Source: Wolbachia endosymbiont of Drosophila innubila
Lineage (GTDB): Bacteria; Pseudomonadota; Alphaproteobacteria; Rickettsiales; Anaplasmataceae
DNA length: 32,000 bases
Reading direction: 5' to 3'
NCBI RefSeq assembly: GCF_021378375.1
Contig: NZ_CP076228.1
Span: 240,001-272,000, forward strand
In this document: piece after piece, positions 9,331 to 19,075 of the stretch
How the letters are laid out: every line of letters starts with the position of its first letter
Numbering within the stretch: the first letter of the stretch is position 1
Made by a program: the position numbers and the translations under genes
Notes under the pieces: model-generated
Seen by the model: only the letters and a program-made list of their open reading frames with translations
What the model was told of the DNA's origin: nothing
The model's database searches: none

Positions 9331-10003
9331 TCATGTGCTGCACTGCAGTACACAACAACAATATCGTTCTATTGTAGTGCTAAATGGAAAAATACCGAGC
9401 TCATCGTTTTTTAAACGAGATATACCTATTATTGCTGTAGATGGAGGAGCAAACAAGCTTCTATCAATTGGCGTAAAACCTGATCTTGTAGTAGGAGATT
9501 TGGATAGCGTAAATCTGGATTTACGTGCTAATTTGAATACGATATATCTACCTGATCAAGATTATTGCGACTTTTCTAAAGCAATGGCTCACTTAAAAAC
9601 AGTAAAGTTATTGCCATCAATAGTAACGGGTATTACTGGAGGAGCAATTGATCACATACTACAGAATATTAACATTTTTCTAAGTACGGGCAGTATCTTT
9701 TACACACCTTCACCTCCCATGGTAGGTTACACTTTACAAAAAGGTATTACCCATTTTTTTTCTTTGCCAAAAAATACTAAAATATCTTTACTTGGTATAC
9801 CGAGAGCTCAAATATCAACTAAAGGATTAAAATGGGAACTGCACCTTAGTAATCTTGCTTTTCCGGGAAAAAATTCTTGCTTTAATCGAAGTTTAGGCAA
9901 TAAGGTATCCGTAGAAGTACACAGTGGTATATGTCTAGCAATGATTTATTTAGAGACAGTAGATGATGCTGCAAGACATCATGTGCGTCAAGTTAAGAAG
10001 TAA
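9311..10003 (+). CDS. thiN: Thiamine pyrophosphokinase (thiamine diphosphokinase)
   Basis: IIAVDGGANKLLSIGVKPDLVVGDLDSV...YLPDQDYCDFSKAMAHL...TGGAIDHILQNI. The true start may be downstream of 9311. Confidence 0.92.
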   Translation: MQNLHHDHVLHCSTQQQYRSIVVLNGKIPSSSFFKRDIPIIAVDGGANKLLSIGVKPDLVVGDLDSVNLDLRANLNTIYLPDQDYCDFSKAMAHLKTVKLLPSIVTGITGGAIDHILQNINIFLSTGSIFYTPSPPMVGYTLQKGITHFFSLPKNTKISLLGIPRAQISTKGLKWELHLSNLAFPGKNSCFNRSLGNKVSVEVHSGICLAMIYLETVDDAARHHVRQVKK

Positions 10004-10043
10004 ATAGACTTCTTGCATAACCCAAACTAAGTAGAAAAAGGTA

Positions 10044-10107
10044 TCATCCAAGTAGCTGACACTGGTTCCTTTATGACGTGTCATTCCAATTCCAGCTACT
10101 TGAATGA
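10044..10107. repeat. Palindromic repeat element
   Basis: TCATCCAAGTAGCTG (10044-10058) opposite CAGCTACTTGAATGA (10093-10107). Confidence 0.7.
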
Positions 10108-10771
10108 CAGCAGTCCTACGTCATACCGCCGCGGTATCTCTTAGCCGCTAACAAGCAGCGGGATGACGAATTACTTAACCATCATTACACCGTCATACCG
10201 CGATTCATTCGCGGTATCTCTTAACATAGATCCCCTACTATACCTTAACATAGATCCCGCTAACACGTAGCGGGATGACGATTGTCGTTTAGCTATAAAC
10301 ATTAAGAAATTTACCAAATGAAAAAAAAGGCAAAAGAAGCCCTGGGGTTATTATCTGCTTTAAAATATTGGCGTTTTTTATGTTTTAAACGCTTGACAAG
10401 CAAGATTAAGCTGCTTTTAATTGCAACTAACTTACGCTGCAAATGTTTAAGAAGTTTACTAAGCAGAAAAAAAGACAAAGAATCCCCGAGTTAGCTAGTC
10501 TTTTACTATCTCTGTCGAGTATTGGCATTTTTTGATGTCTTGTAACGCTTTATAAGCGCGTTCAGCTTATTTAGATAAAAATCTAGATGTAGATGAAGTT
10601 TTGTAAAGACATACAGTATCTATATACTGCAAAAAATTGAACATGAGACGCCGATACATTAAGTAATCCTTACCTTTTAATCTGCAGATTGGCGAAAGCA
10701 AATACAATAGCTTCAATTTTATGATAAGGGGGCTGGCGGAGTTTGTCAAGCAAGTTTTTTCGTTTCTACTG
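10108..10771. repeat. Left copy (A) of a long dispersed inverted repeat flanking mlycd-lepA; contains nested small palindromes
   Basis: Reverse complement of 14330-14708 in several long blocks, e.g. GTCATACCGCCGCGGTATCTC, AACATTAAGAAATTTACCAAAT, GATAAGGGGGCTGGCGGAGTTTGTCAAG and CAAAAAATT..AACATGAGACGCC. Copy A carries extra internal sequence. Confidence 0.85.
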
Positions 10772-10935
10772 AATGACAGTTGTGGCTTGGGAGGTAGTGC
10801 AAGAAGTCTATTGTATTACTGAATTATTAATAATCTAGTAATAGTGCCTGCTATGTAGCTAAAATTTTCCTTTAACTTAAGCTATATGTAGCTAAAATAA
10901 CTTGGGTTTACCGACGATTTGACAAACGACAAATT

Positions 10936-10986
10936 CGTCATCCCGCTACTTGTTAGCGGGATCTAGAGATATCGCAGCGGTATGAC
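10936..10986. repeat. Small dispersed palindromic repeat (GTCATCCCGCTACTTGTTAGCGGG...GGTATGAC class)
   Basis: CGTCATCCCGCTACTTGTTAGCGGGATCTAGAGATATCGCAGCGGTATGACC; near-identical copy at 24356-24408. Confidence 0.85.
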
Positions 10987-11023
10987 CCTGACTTGCATTA
11001 GCTATGTATAATAAAGGGAATCT

Positions 11024-12418
11024 ATGACAAAAGAATCATTGGTAAAAACTGATATAGTGAAAATTGAAGACAAAAAGGCGGTAAGAAGCTTTTTTAAAAT
11101 ACTAGGTGGAGTGGCAGATGCTGTAAGATCGTGGATTGGTAACATCAGTCCTGATTTAAGCAACAGTCGCGATATCGATAGTTTAGTCTTGAAGATGAAC
11201 GAGTGCTTAAATCCAAAGGGAGGGGAGGTTTCAGCACGTAAAAACGCTGTATCTCTTGGTAACTTGTACTTAAGCTTATCAGAGAAAGGTAAAATAAAAT
11301 TTCTACAAACCCTGGCAGAAAAATTTAATCCGAATAAAGCGGAAATAGATGAGAAAATTAGAGAGTATAAGAAAAACCAAGATCCCGAGTTAAACTATAA
11401 ATTTGAACAGGATTTAATAAAAATTCTTGAATCACCGCGTTCTAAAATATTGAAGCAATTTATTTCTTTACCAGAAGGCCTTAAGTTTATTGTTGATATG
11501 CGTTCTGACGTGCTTAAGCTAAAGAACCAATATAGAAGCTTGAATCCACTAGAAAGCGAATTAAAAAATATACTCTATACTTGGGTTGATGTTGATCTAC
11601 TTGATCTTCGTCAAATCACCTGGGATTCACCTGCATCATTGCTAGAAAAACTTATAAAATATGAAGCTGTGCATAAAATTTCCTCTTGGGATGACTTAAA
11701 AAACAGGCTGGGTCTCTGTTTTGCTTTTTTTCATTACAAGATACCAAACGAACCTCTAATTTTTGTAGAGGTTGCATTGGTGGATAAGATTGCAGATAGT
11801 ATTCAACACCTTTTAGATGAGTCAGTACCTTCAAATGATCCGAGTAATGCAAGCACTGCTATATTCTATTCAATATCAAACACTCAAGCAGGGTTATCTG
11901 GAATCAGCCTTGGTAATTTTTTGATCAAAAGGGTTGTAGAAAAGCTATCACAGGAGTTTAAAAGTATAAAAACATATGCAACTCTTTCTCCAATACCTGG
12001 CTTTACGAAATGGCTAAAAAACAATCTAAACCAAGATGTCACTTTATTGGGCAAACTAAATATAAAACAATCTAGTACAGAAATTTTAGAAAGTGCAGAG
12101 CAATTAAAAATTAACGTTGAATGTATAAATGAAACTAAACAATGCATGCTTAAACTATGTGCATATTATTTACTAAAAGTGAATAATAGTAATGGGAATG
12201 CTTATGATCCGGTGGCGCATTTTCATTTAAGCAATGGTGCATCGATAAAACAATTAAACTGGATGGCGGATACTTCTGAAAAAGGTATTGGTCAGTCGGC
12301 TGGAATGATGGTAAATTATCTGTATGAGTTGCCTAAAATAGATAATAATCATGAAAACTATATGGTTAATAAAGTGATTTCCTGCTCGAAAAAAGTGTCG
12401 TCTATGTTGAAGGAGTAA
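11024..12418 (+). CDS. mlycd: Malonyl-CoA decarboxylase family protein
   Basis: DVDLLDLRQITWDSPASLLEKLIKYEAVHKISSWDDLKNRLG...CFAFFHYKIPNEPLIFVEVAL...ATLSPIPGFTKWL...DPVAHFHLSNGA. Confidence 0.92.
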   Translation: MTKESLVKTDIVKIEDKKAVRSFFKILGGVADAVRSWIGNISPDLSNSRDIDSLVLKMNECLNPKGGEVSARKNAVSLGNLYLSLSEKGKIKFLQTLAEKFNPNKAEIDEKIREYKKNQDPELNYKFEQDLIKILESPRSKILKQFISLPEGLKFIVDMRSDVLKLKNQYRSLNPLESELKNILYTWVDVDLLDLRQITWDSPASLLEKLIKYEAVHKISSWDDLKNRLGLCFAFFHYKIPNEPLIFVEVALVDKIADSIQHLLDESVPSNDPSNASTAIFYSISNTQAGLSGISLGNFLIKRVVEKLSQEFKSIKTYATLSPIPGFTKWLKNNLNQDVTLLGKLNIKQSSTEILESAEQLKINVECINETKQCMLKLCAYYLLKVNNSNGNAYDPVAHFHLSNGASIKQLNWMADTSEKGIGQSAGMMVNYLYELPKIDNNHENYMVNKVISCSKKVSSMLKE

Positions 12419-12493
12419 ATAGTCTCTTAATAAAGGATTGCCCTCACAACACTTAAAATGTAAAATGGTTCTACTTAAGTAAAATAGCCATAA

Positions 12494-14290
12494 ATGAACA
12501 ACATAAGAAATTTTGCAATAATAGCGCATATAGACCACGGTAAGTCAACGCTTGCTGACCGTTTAATAGAGGAATGTAACGGCCTTGAAGCAAGAGAAAT
12601 GATCAATCAAATACTCGATTCAATGGATATAGAACGCGAACGTGGGATTACAATTAAGGCACAGACGGTAAAACTCAATTATACGGCAAACGACGGTAAT
12701 CAATATTGCCTAAATCTCATGGACACCCCAGGTCACGTTGACTTTTCTTACGAGGTAAGCCGAAGCTTAGCCGCATGTGAAGGTTCACTTTTAGTGGTAG
12801 ATAGTAGCCAGGGCGTTGAAGCACAAACCCTTGCAAATGTATATAAAGCTATTGACAACAACCATGAAATAATAGTTGTGCTCAATAAAGTTGATCTTCC
12901 TGCTGCAGATCCAGAAAAGGTAAAACTCCAGGTTGAGGAAGTAATTGGCATTGACGCAAGTGAGTCAGTTTTAATATCAGCAAAAACTGGACTTGGAATA
13001 AAAGATGTACTGGAAGCAATAGTAGCAAAACTTCCAGCTCCTCAAGGTGATGTAAATGCTCCACTGCAAGCAATTTTGGTTGATAGTTGGTATGACACTT
13101 ACTTAGGAGTAGTAATTTTAGTGCGAGTTAAAAATGGAGTGCTAAAAAAAGGCATGAGAATTGTTATGATGTCTAATAATGCTACATATCAGATAGATAA
13201 TATCGGTATTTTCACCCCTAAAAAAGTGATGACGGGTGAACTTTCAGCGGGTGAAGTTGGTTTTATAACTGCTTCAATGAAGGAAGTAGCAGACTGCAAG
13301 GTAGGAGACACTATCACTGAGGAAAAGAGACCTTGTAGTGAAGCACTTCCTGGATTTAAAGAAGTGCATCCTGTGGTATTTTGTAGCATTTTCCCTCACA
13401 AAACGGATGATTTTAAATATCTAAGGGAAGCTCTAGAGAAGTTACATTTAAATGATGCAAGTTTTACCTTCGAAGCTGAAACTTCAAATGCACTAGGCTA
13501 TGGATTTCGTTGTGGTTTTTTGGGAATGTTGCATCTTGAAGTTATTCAAGAAAGACTCGAGAGAGAGTTTGATTTAGATCTAACAGCAACTGCACCGAGT
13601 GTTATATATAGGGTTACAACACGAAGTGGTGAAGTTTTGAATATTCATAACCCAAGTGATATGCCAGATCCAACGAAAATTGAAATTGTGGAAGAACCGT
13701 GGATTACCGCAACCATAATGGTTCCTGATCAATACTTAGGTGATATTCTATCTCTATGTGAAGAAAGGAGGGGAGAACAGGAGGATTTATCTTACATTGG
13801 TAACACAACAACAGCATTGTTAAGATATAAATTACCACTGTCTGAAGTTGTTTTTGACTTTTATGATCGATTAAAATCAATTTCCAAAGGATATGCAAGT
13901 TTGGATTGGGAAATTTCCAGCTATCTGGTAAGCCAAATAGATAAATTAAGCTTTTTAATTAATGGAGAGCCCGTAGATGCACTGGCTTGTATCGTTCACA
14001 AAAGTAGGGTAGAAAAAAGGGGGCGTGAAATATGTGCACGCTTGAAGGATTTAATACCACGTCAGCAATATAAAATCGCGATTCAAGCGGCAGTGGGCGG
14101 AAAAATTATTGCCAGAGAAACGATTAACCCATACAGAAAAGATGTAACAGCTAAACTCTATGGTGGAGATGTAACGCGAAGAATGAAACTACTTGAAAAG
14201 CAAAAGAAGGGTAAAAAAAGGTTACATTCTATAGGGAACGTAAATATTCCACAGAATGCTTTTATTCAAGCCTTGAAGATAAGTGATTGA
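12494..14290 (+). CDS. lepA: Elongation factor 4 (LepA GTPase)
   Basis: [78 protein letters not shown]-type C-terminus. Confidence 0.98.
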   Translation: MNNIRNFAIIAHIDHGKSTLADRLIEECNGLEAREMINQILDSMDIERERGITIKAQTVKLNYTANDGNQYCLNLMDTPGHVDFSYEVSRSLAACEGSLLVVDSSQGVEAQTLANVYKAIDNNHEIIVVLNKVDLPAADPEKVKLQVEEVIGIDASESVLISAKTGLGIKDVLEAIVAKLPAPQGDVNAPLQAILVDSWYDTYLGVVILVRVKNGVLKKGMRIVMMSNNATYQIDNIGIFTPKKVMTGELSAGEVGFITASMKEVADCKVGDTITEEKRPCSEALPGFKEVHPVVFCSIFPHKTDDFKYLREALEKLHLNDASFTFEAETSNALGYGFRCGFLGMLHLEVIQERLEREFDLDLTATAPSVIYRVTTRSGEVLNIHNPSDMPDPTKIEIVEEPWITATIMVPDQYLGDILSLCEERRGEQEDLSYIGNTTTALLRYKLPLSEVVFDFYDRLKSISKGYASLDWEISSYLVSQIDKLSFLINGEPVDALACIVHKSRVEKRGREICARLKDLIPRQQYKIAIQAAVGGKIIARETINPYRKDVTAKLYGGDVTRRMKLLEKQKKGKKRLHSIGNVNIPQNAFIQALKISD

Positions 14291-14329
14291 TCTTAAAAGA
14301 CTTCTTGTATAGTTTTTGGCAACAACCGT

Positions 14330-14708
14330 TAGAAACGAAAAAACTTACTTGACAAACTCCGCCAGCCCCCTTATCATGAAACTGAAGCTATTTATTTATC
14401 TTCTCTGTACAGATTAAATGACAAAAAAACTCACGTATCTGGCGTCTCATGTTTAATTTTTTGCACTATGTGCACCTTATGTCTTTATAAAACTTCTACC
14501 TACATAAGCTGAAACGCGCTTATAAAGCGTTTAAAACATAAAAAAACGCCAACTTAAAAAATGGATAGTGAATAACTAGCTACCCTAGGGTTTCTTTTGC
14601 CTTTTTTTTATTTGGTAAATTTCTTAATGTTTATGGCTAAACGACAACCGTCATCCCGCTACTTGTTAGCGGCTGAGATACCGCGGCGGTATGACGTAGG
14701 ACTGCTGT
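14330..14708. repeat. Right copy (B) of the long inverted repeat flanking mlycd-lepA
   Basis: Reverse complement matches 10108-10771 over most of its length. Confidence 0.85.
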
Positions 14709-14834
14709 CATCCCAGTGCTTGACACTGGGATCCAGTTGAGCTATTTCAACAAAAATACTGCATTTGAGATGAACGTTCCAGACTTATTTATAAATATAA
14801 CAATTAAAGTCTGGATTCCAGCGTCAAGCACTGG
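14708..14834. repeat. Palindromic repeat pair (CCAGTGCTTGACACTGGGATCCA / TGGATTCCAGCGTCAAGCACTGG)
   Basis: TCATCCCAGTGCTTGACACTGGGATCCA at 14708-14735 and TCTGGATTCCAGCGTCAAGCACTGG at 14810-14834. Confidence 0.75.
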
Positions 14835-14988
14835 AATAATATCGTTTACTATGTCTATATTACAATATTTGTGCAGTTGTGTGTCAACTACTTTTGTGGC
14901 ACCGTTTGTTATTCAATCTTTATGCTAGTTTTACTAAAAATTATAGTATTTTAGGTATAATTGCAATATCTAAATTTAAGGTATAGAG

Positions 14989-15363
14989 ATGAACCCTAGG
15001 AAAGTTTTTAATATTCTTTTTATAGTATTATTTATTTCTTTTTCTCATGTTGGGAGTGCTGCCGCTGACACTAATACTGATACAACTGCTCAAGTAATAT
15101 GTAACATTATTGGCTACGTTTGGGGAATAGGCGGACCGCTTATGACCGTAGTGATAATAGGTGCAGCTTTGCTTGCGATATTTGGTAGAATGCCATGGCC
15201 AGCTCTTTTTGCACTCGGTATATTTTGTGCTGTATTTTTCGGTGCTAAAACTATCGTCATAAAAGTAATGGGTGGTATAGGCGGCACTGGAAATACTTCT
15301 TTGATGGACCAATGCGGAACAGGAGACACAAAAAAGAACTATTTTTTTCTAAAACAGACCTGA
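14989..15363 (+). CDS. virB2: TrbC/VirB2 family type IV secretion pilin-like protein
   Basis: Signal peptide ([22 protein letters not shown]) followed by two hydrophobic helices ([54 protein letters not shown]). Confidence 0.85.
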   Translation: MNPRKVFNILFIVLFISFSHVGSAAADTNTDTTAQVICNIIGYVWGIGGPLMTVVIIGAALLAIFGRMPWPALFALGIFCAVFFGAKTIVIKVMGGIGGTGNTSLMDQCGTGDTKKNYFFLKQT

Positions 15364-16337
15364 TGCACGGCTTCAACTATATCTTCCACTTGCGGTAATG
15401 CTTTTTTTTCTAGATTTGCAGCGTAAGGTAAGGGGATGTCCTTGCCAGTTACACGTACAACTGGAGCATCAAGGTAGTCAAATCCTTGTTCCATAACAAC
15501 GGCTGACAGCTCTGCTCCTATTCCTGCAAATGGCCATCCTTCTTCTACACTAACTAACCTATTAGTCTTCTGAATAGAGTTAATAACAGTTTGAGTGTCA
15601 AGTGGTCTTAAGGTTCTGAGGTCAATAACTTCAGCTTCTATACCTTTACTCGAAAGTAAATCTGCTGCATTTAAGGCATCCATTAATTTTAATGAAAAAG
15701 CAGTGATAGTTACATCCTTTCCTTCCCGTATAACAGCAGCTTTGCCTATCTCAAGTAGATAATCTTTGTTTGATAGCTCAGAGTCAGAAACTTCATGCTC
15801 ATGTCCATAAGCTATTTCGTTTTCTAGAAATATTACCGGATTAGGGTCACGAATTGCAGCTTTAAGCAGACCTCTGCAATCTGAGGCAAAATAGGGTGCT
15901 ATTACTTTTAACCCCGGTATATGCGAATACCAAGCTGCAAAGCATTGAGAATGTTGTGCAGCAACTCTTGCTGCAGCGCCATTTGGTCCACGAAATACTA
16001 TAGGGCATCCAAGTTGTCCGCCTGACATATAATTTGTTTTTGCTGCGGAATTCACAATTTGGTCAATAGCTTGCATAGAAAAATTAAAAGTCATAAACTC
16101 GACTATTGGCTTTAATCCAGCAAATGCCGCTCCAACAGCAAGGCCAGCAAATCCATGTTCGGTAATAGGCGTATCAACTACTCTGTTTTCTCCAAACTCT
16201 TTCAGTAATCCTTTCGTTACTTTATAAGCACCATCATACTCTGCAACTTCTTCACCCATGATAAGCACATCAGAGTCGTTTTGCATTTCTTCTCTAATTG
16301 CTGTGCATAAAGCTTCTCTTACACTTAAGGTTGCCAT
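15339..16337 (-). CDS. pdhB: Pyruvate dehydrogenase E1 component subunit beta
   Basis: [102 protein letters not shown]. Confidence 0.97.
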   Translation of the reverse strand: MATLSVREALCTAIREEMQNDSDVLIMGEEVAEYDGAYKVTKGLLKEFGENRVVDTPITEHGFAGLAVGAAFAGLKPIVEFMTFNFSMQAIDQIVNSAAKTNYMSGGQLGCPIVFRGPNGAAARVAAQHSQCFAAWYSHIPGLKVIAPYFASDCRGLLKAAIRDPNPVIFLENEIAYGHEHEVSDSELSNKDYLLEIGKAAVIREGKDVTITAFSLKLMDALNAADLLSSKGIEAEVIDLRTLRPLDTQTVINSIQKTNRLVSVEEGWPFAGIGAELSAVVMEQGFDYLDAPVVRVTGKDIPLPYAANLEKKALPQVEDIVEAVHQVCFRKK

Positions 16338-16884
16338 TTATAAACTTTTATAGACTTTAACTAAAGTAACTATATCAGAATTACTGGGGGTAAGTAAAGT
16401 GTACAAATTAAGTTTTACAAACATCATGACCAACTCATTCCAAAAAAAAATCTTCTCACGCTTGCTGGTTTTGGTTGCTAAAAATGATTGTATTGCTTGT
16501 GTTTTTAATAATATATACTGCTAAGTTAATAATAATTCACTTGGGAATAACAGAAAAATACATGATAATTTTATATTTCAAATAGAATAAAATCCTTTTT
16601 ATTGATACTGTCTTTTTTTGTAAAAAACATTCCTAACTTTTCCACCACTTTTTCTGGCTAAGGTCAGTATAACTTTTGCTTGAAATAACTGTTTATATGG
16701 TGCAATTTACAGCTTTTAGTTGCTAAAATTATAACTCTTAATTTAATAATTTTAATCCAATAAGCTTTCAGGTTAATAAAATTAAATTATTTGAGTAAAT
16801 GCAATACCATGTCTTTATTTGTGGGTAATAATAAGAATAACGAAGGTTGGCTCAGCTACACTTCTATAATTTCAATTTTTATGT

Positions 16885-17985
16885 TTACCGTGTAAAAGAA
16901 GTTTCTTCTATCTGTGTCTTCGCGTTTGAAACTAACTTTATTCTATCTCTTTCTTGTTCTGGACTTAACCTGTGAAGCGCGTAACTGAAATCTTCCTCAC
17001 TCACTATAAGCCGTCTTTGCGCACCAGCGCTAATTTTTGCTTCATTCACTAATTGCTCTAACTCAGCCCCAGAATAGCCTTCAGTCTTGTCTGCAATGTC
17101 TTGGAGGCTTAGCTTTTCATCAGTTTTTGTACCTCGCATATAAAGTGCCAATATCTTTTGTCTCACCTCTATGTTTGGATTAGGGACATAAACCTTCTGA
17201 CCTAAACGTCCAGGTCTAATAAGTGCTGGATCTATACCACCGATAAGGTTAGTTGCACCAATTACTATTATATCTTTTCTGCTCTTAAATCCATCTATTT
17301 CAGTTAACAACTGTGTTAAACTCTCTCGACAATGGTAAGCTGAGTTATTAGCGGTACTTCTTTTTTGTGCAACTGCATCTATTTCATCTATAAAGACTAT
17401 ACAAGGAGAATATTTTTTTGCTATTTTAAAAAGCTCGCGTACAGCATGTGCACCATGACCAATATATACTCCAATAAGTTCAGGACCTGAGATGCTTATG
17501 AAATTCATATTTGATTCACCTGCAATTGCACGAGCGATAAGTGTTTTACCATTTCCAGGAGGGCCATATAATATGTAACCTCTTAGTGAATTAATACTTT
17601 TATTTCCAAACAGCTTGCGCATTTCTTCTGTCATTTGGTCACAGCAAATCATCTGCAACCGTTGTTTTAAGGAGTCATCAATTATAGCATCAGCAAATGT
17701 TATTCTTTTATCATCTGAATTAGCTAATTCTATCGATATAGGCAGCTCTACTTCCTTTAGTTTGCTGAATACTTGATCATATACAAACCAAACAATAAAA
17801 AGGAGAACGACAAGTAACACACAAGGCATAGCTTCACTAGCATAATGTGCAGCTAACTCATACCCTTTACTAAGCAACATTGTATGCATATAGGCAAACA
17901 AAAAAACGATAGAGACAATAGTTGCCACGCATAGTAAACAGATTGAAATTCTTTTTAGTAATTCTGAAATTTCAATTTTTTTCAT
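16885..17985 (-). CDS. Membrane-anchored AAA family ATPase (FtsH-like AAA module, no peptidase domain)
   Basis: Two N-terminal TM segments, Walker A GPPGNGKT, Walker B CIVFIDEID, GATNLIGGIDPALIRPGRLGQKVYVPNP, then the ORF ends without an HEXXH domain. Confidence 0.88.
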   Translation of the reverse strand: MKKIEISELLKRISICLLCVATIVSIVFLFAYMHTMLLSKGYELAAHYASEAMPCVLLVVLLFIVWFVYDQVFSKLKEVELPISIELANSDDKRITFADAIIDDSLKQRLQMICCDQMTEEMRKLFGNKSINSLRGYILYGPPGNGKTLIARAIAGESNMNFISISGPELIGVYIGHGAHAVRELFKIAKKYSPCIVFIDEIDAVAQKRSTANNSAYHCRESLTQLLTEIDGFKSRKDIIVIGATNLIGGIDPALIRPGRLGQKVYVPNPNIEVRQKILALYMRGTKTDEKLSLQDIADKTEGYSGAELEQLVNEAKISAGAQRRLIVSEEDFSYALHRLSPEQERDRIKLVSNAKTQIEETSFTR

Positions 17986-18173
17986 CTTAATACCTTATAC
18001 CAACTTTAAACTAAGAATAATTTTATCTAGCTTACCTATTTTAGCTTGATTAGAGCGTTCAGAAAAATTATCAAGTACGTACTTTATTAAATACTAAAAA
18101 CAATATATCACCATATTGTCACACACATCTTTAAAGTTTACCAAATTCATTTTCAAAAAACAAGATTTTATTA

Positions 18174-18337
18174 TTAACCCGAATTCTGGATTAGATTTTA
18201 GGTAAATTATTGAAAGTCTTGAATTTTACTAAATTAGTAACTAGTCTTAAAATGCTTACTGCTTTATCGTAAATGCTAAAACAATAAGCTATTGATATTC
18301 TTGTTTTTTTTAATCTCCAATCCAGAATTCGGGTTAA
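18174..18337. repeat. Small inverted-repeat element
   Basis: 19-nt arms TTAACCCGAATTCTGGATT (18174-18192) and AATCCAGAATTCGGGTTAA (18319-18337) are exact reverse complements. Confidence 0.8.
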
Positions 18338-18629
18338 AAACGCTAACTTGTATCTTCAAGAAGCAAGACATAATAGCTCTAAAATGTCTTGCAAGGAAAG
18401 GTAAAGCTGAACGCTAACTTATGCCAGAAAAATACCGTCTTGTTTGCCTTTTTGAGTAGTATCATCTTATTTTTCCTGTAAATTTTGTTTATAACGCCTA
18501 AGATTTACGATATTTTAATCCCGGTAGAATATCTTATAAAATCAGATTATATGTTATACCTATGGAAATAGATAACTTTCAGCAATATTACAACCAAGAA
18601 GAAATGAAGACAGTAACATTAGCTCAAAT

Positions 18630-19016
18630 TTATAAAGACTTGGTAATAAAGATATTCGATATAGCCACAAGCAAAATGTAAGCTACTATTAATGGTATTA
18701 TGGAAATAGCACCAACGATACCACCTACTATACCTACTACCAGAGGTGACGGAGTAGTAAGGCTTAATATAATAAGTGGGAGAGATATAATTGATAGTAT
18801 TATAGAAATTACACCTACTGTTTTCAGAAGAGATAGAAATCCTTTTGAATCTAAGTGTTCTTTAATTCCCTTAAATAATATAAAGAAAATGCTTATACAC
18901 ATTATAGCACAAAGTATTACTGCTGCTATTTTTATTATAGCTGCTGCTATAAGTGCTGCTAAATAAGCTATATTCATTGCAATTATCACACACCATAATA
19001 AAAAAGTCAACTCCAT
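18630..19016 (-). CDS. Hypothetical very hydrophobic membrane protein
   Basis: ORF 18630..19130; an internal Met (MELTFLLWCVIIAMNIAYLAAL) at 19016 avoids overlap with the divergent MFS gene. Confidence 0.5.
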   Translation of the reverse strand: MELTFLLWCVIIAMNIAYLAALIAAAIIKIAAVILCAIMCISIFFILFKGIKEHLDSKGFLSLLKTVGVISIILSIISLPLIILSLTTPSPLVVGIVGGIVGAISIIPLIVAYILLVAISNIFITKSL

Positions 19017-19075
19017 ATGTTTAGGTTGTAAAATCCCAAAAAGCAGCCAGAATAGAATAAGCAAACATTTACGAA

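Noticed and set aside
10108-10300. Repeat cluster considered as a CRISPR array
   Set aside because: Units are palindromic, unevenly spaced and not separated by uniform unique spacers, and no cas genes are present.
10567-10749. 60-aa minus-strand ORF
   Set aside because: Falls inside the long inverted repeat and has no protein-like features.
11652-12147. Minus-strand ORFs of 66 and 87 aa
   Set aside because: Antisense to malonyl-CoA decarboxylase with no family motifs.
12748-13898. Several minus-strand ORFs within lepA
   Set aside because: Antisense shadows of a strongly conserved GTPase gene.
14716-14928. 71-aa plus-strand ORF
   Set aside because: Begins within repeat sequence and spans palindromic repeat arms (GGATTCCAGCGTCAAGCACTGG); unlikely to be a real gene.
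16340-16884. About 540 bp AT-rich gap considered for an RNA gene or decayed ORF
   Set aside because: No tRNA-like TPsiC/anticodon pattern or readable protein remnant was seen. It would need Infernal/tRNAscan-SE to exclude an RNA.
18700-18966. 88-aa plus-strand ORF rich in Ile, Thr and Pro
   Set aside because: Antisense to the hydrophobic ORF 18630..19016. Either strand could be the real one, but the TM pattern favours the minus strand.
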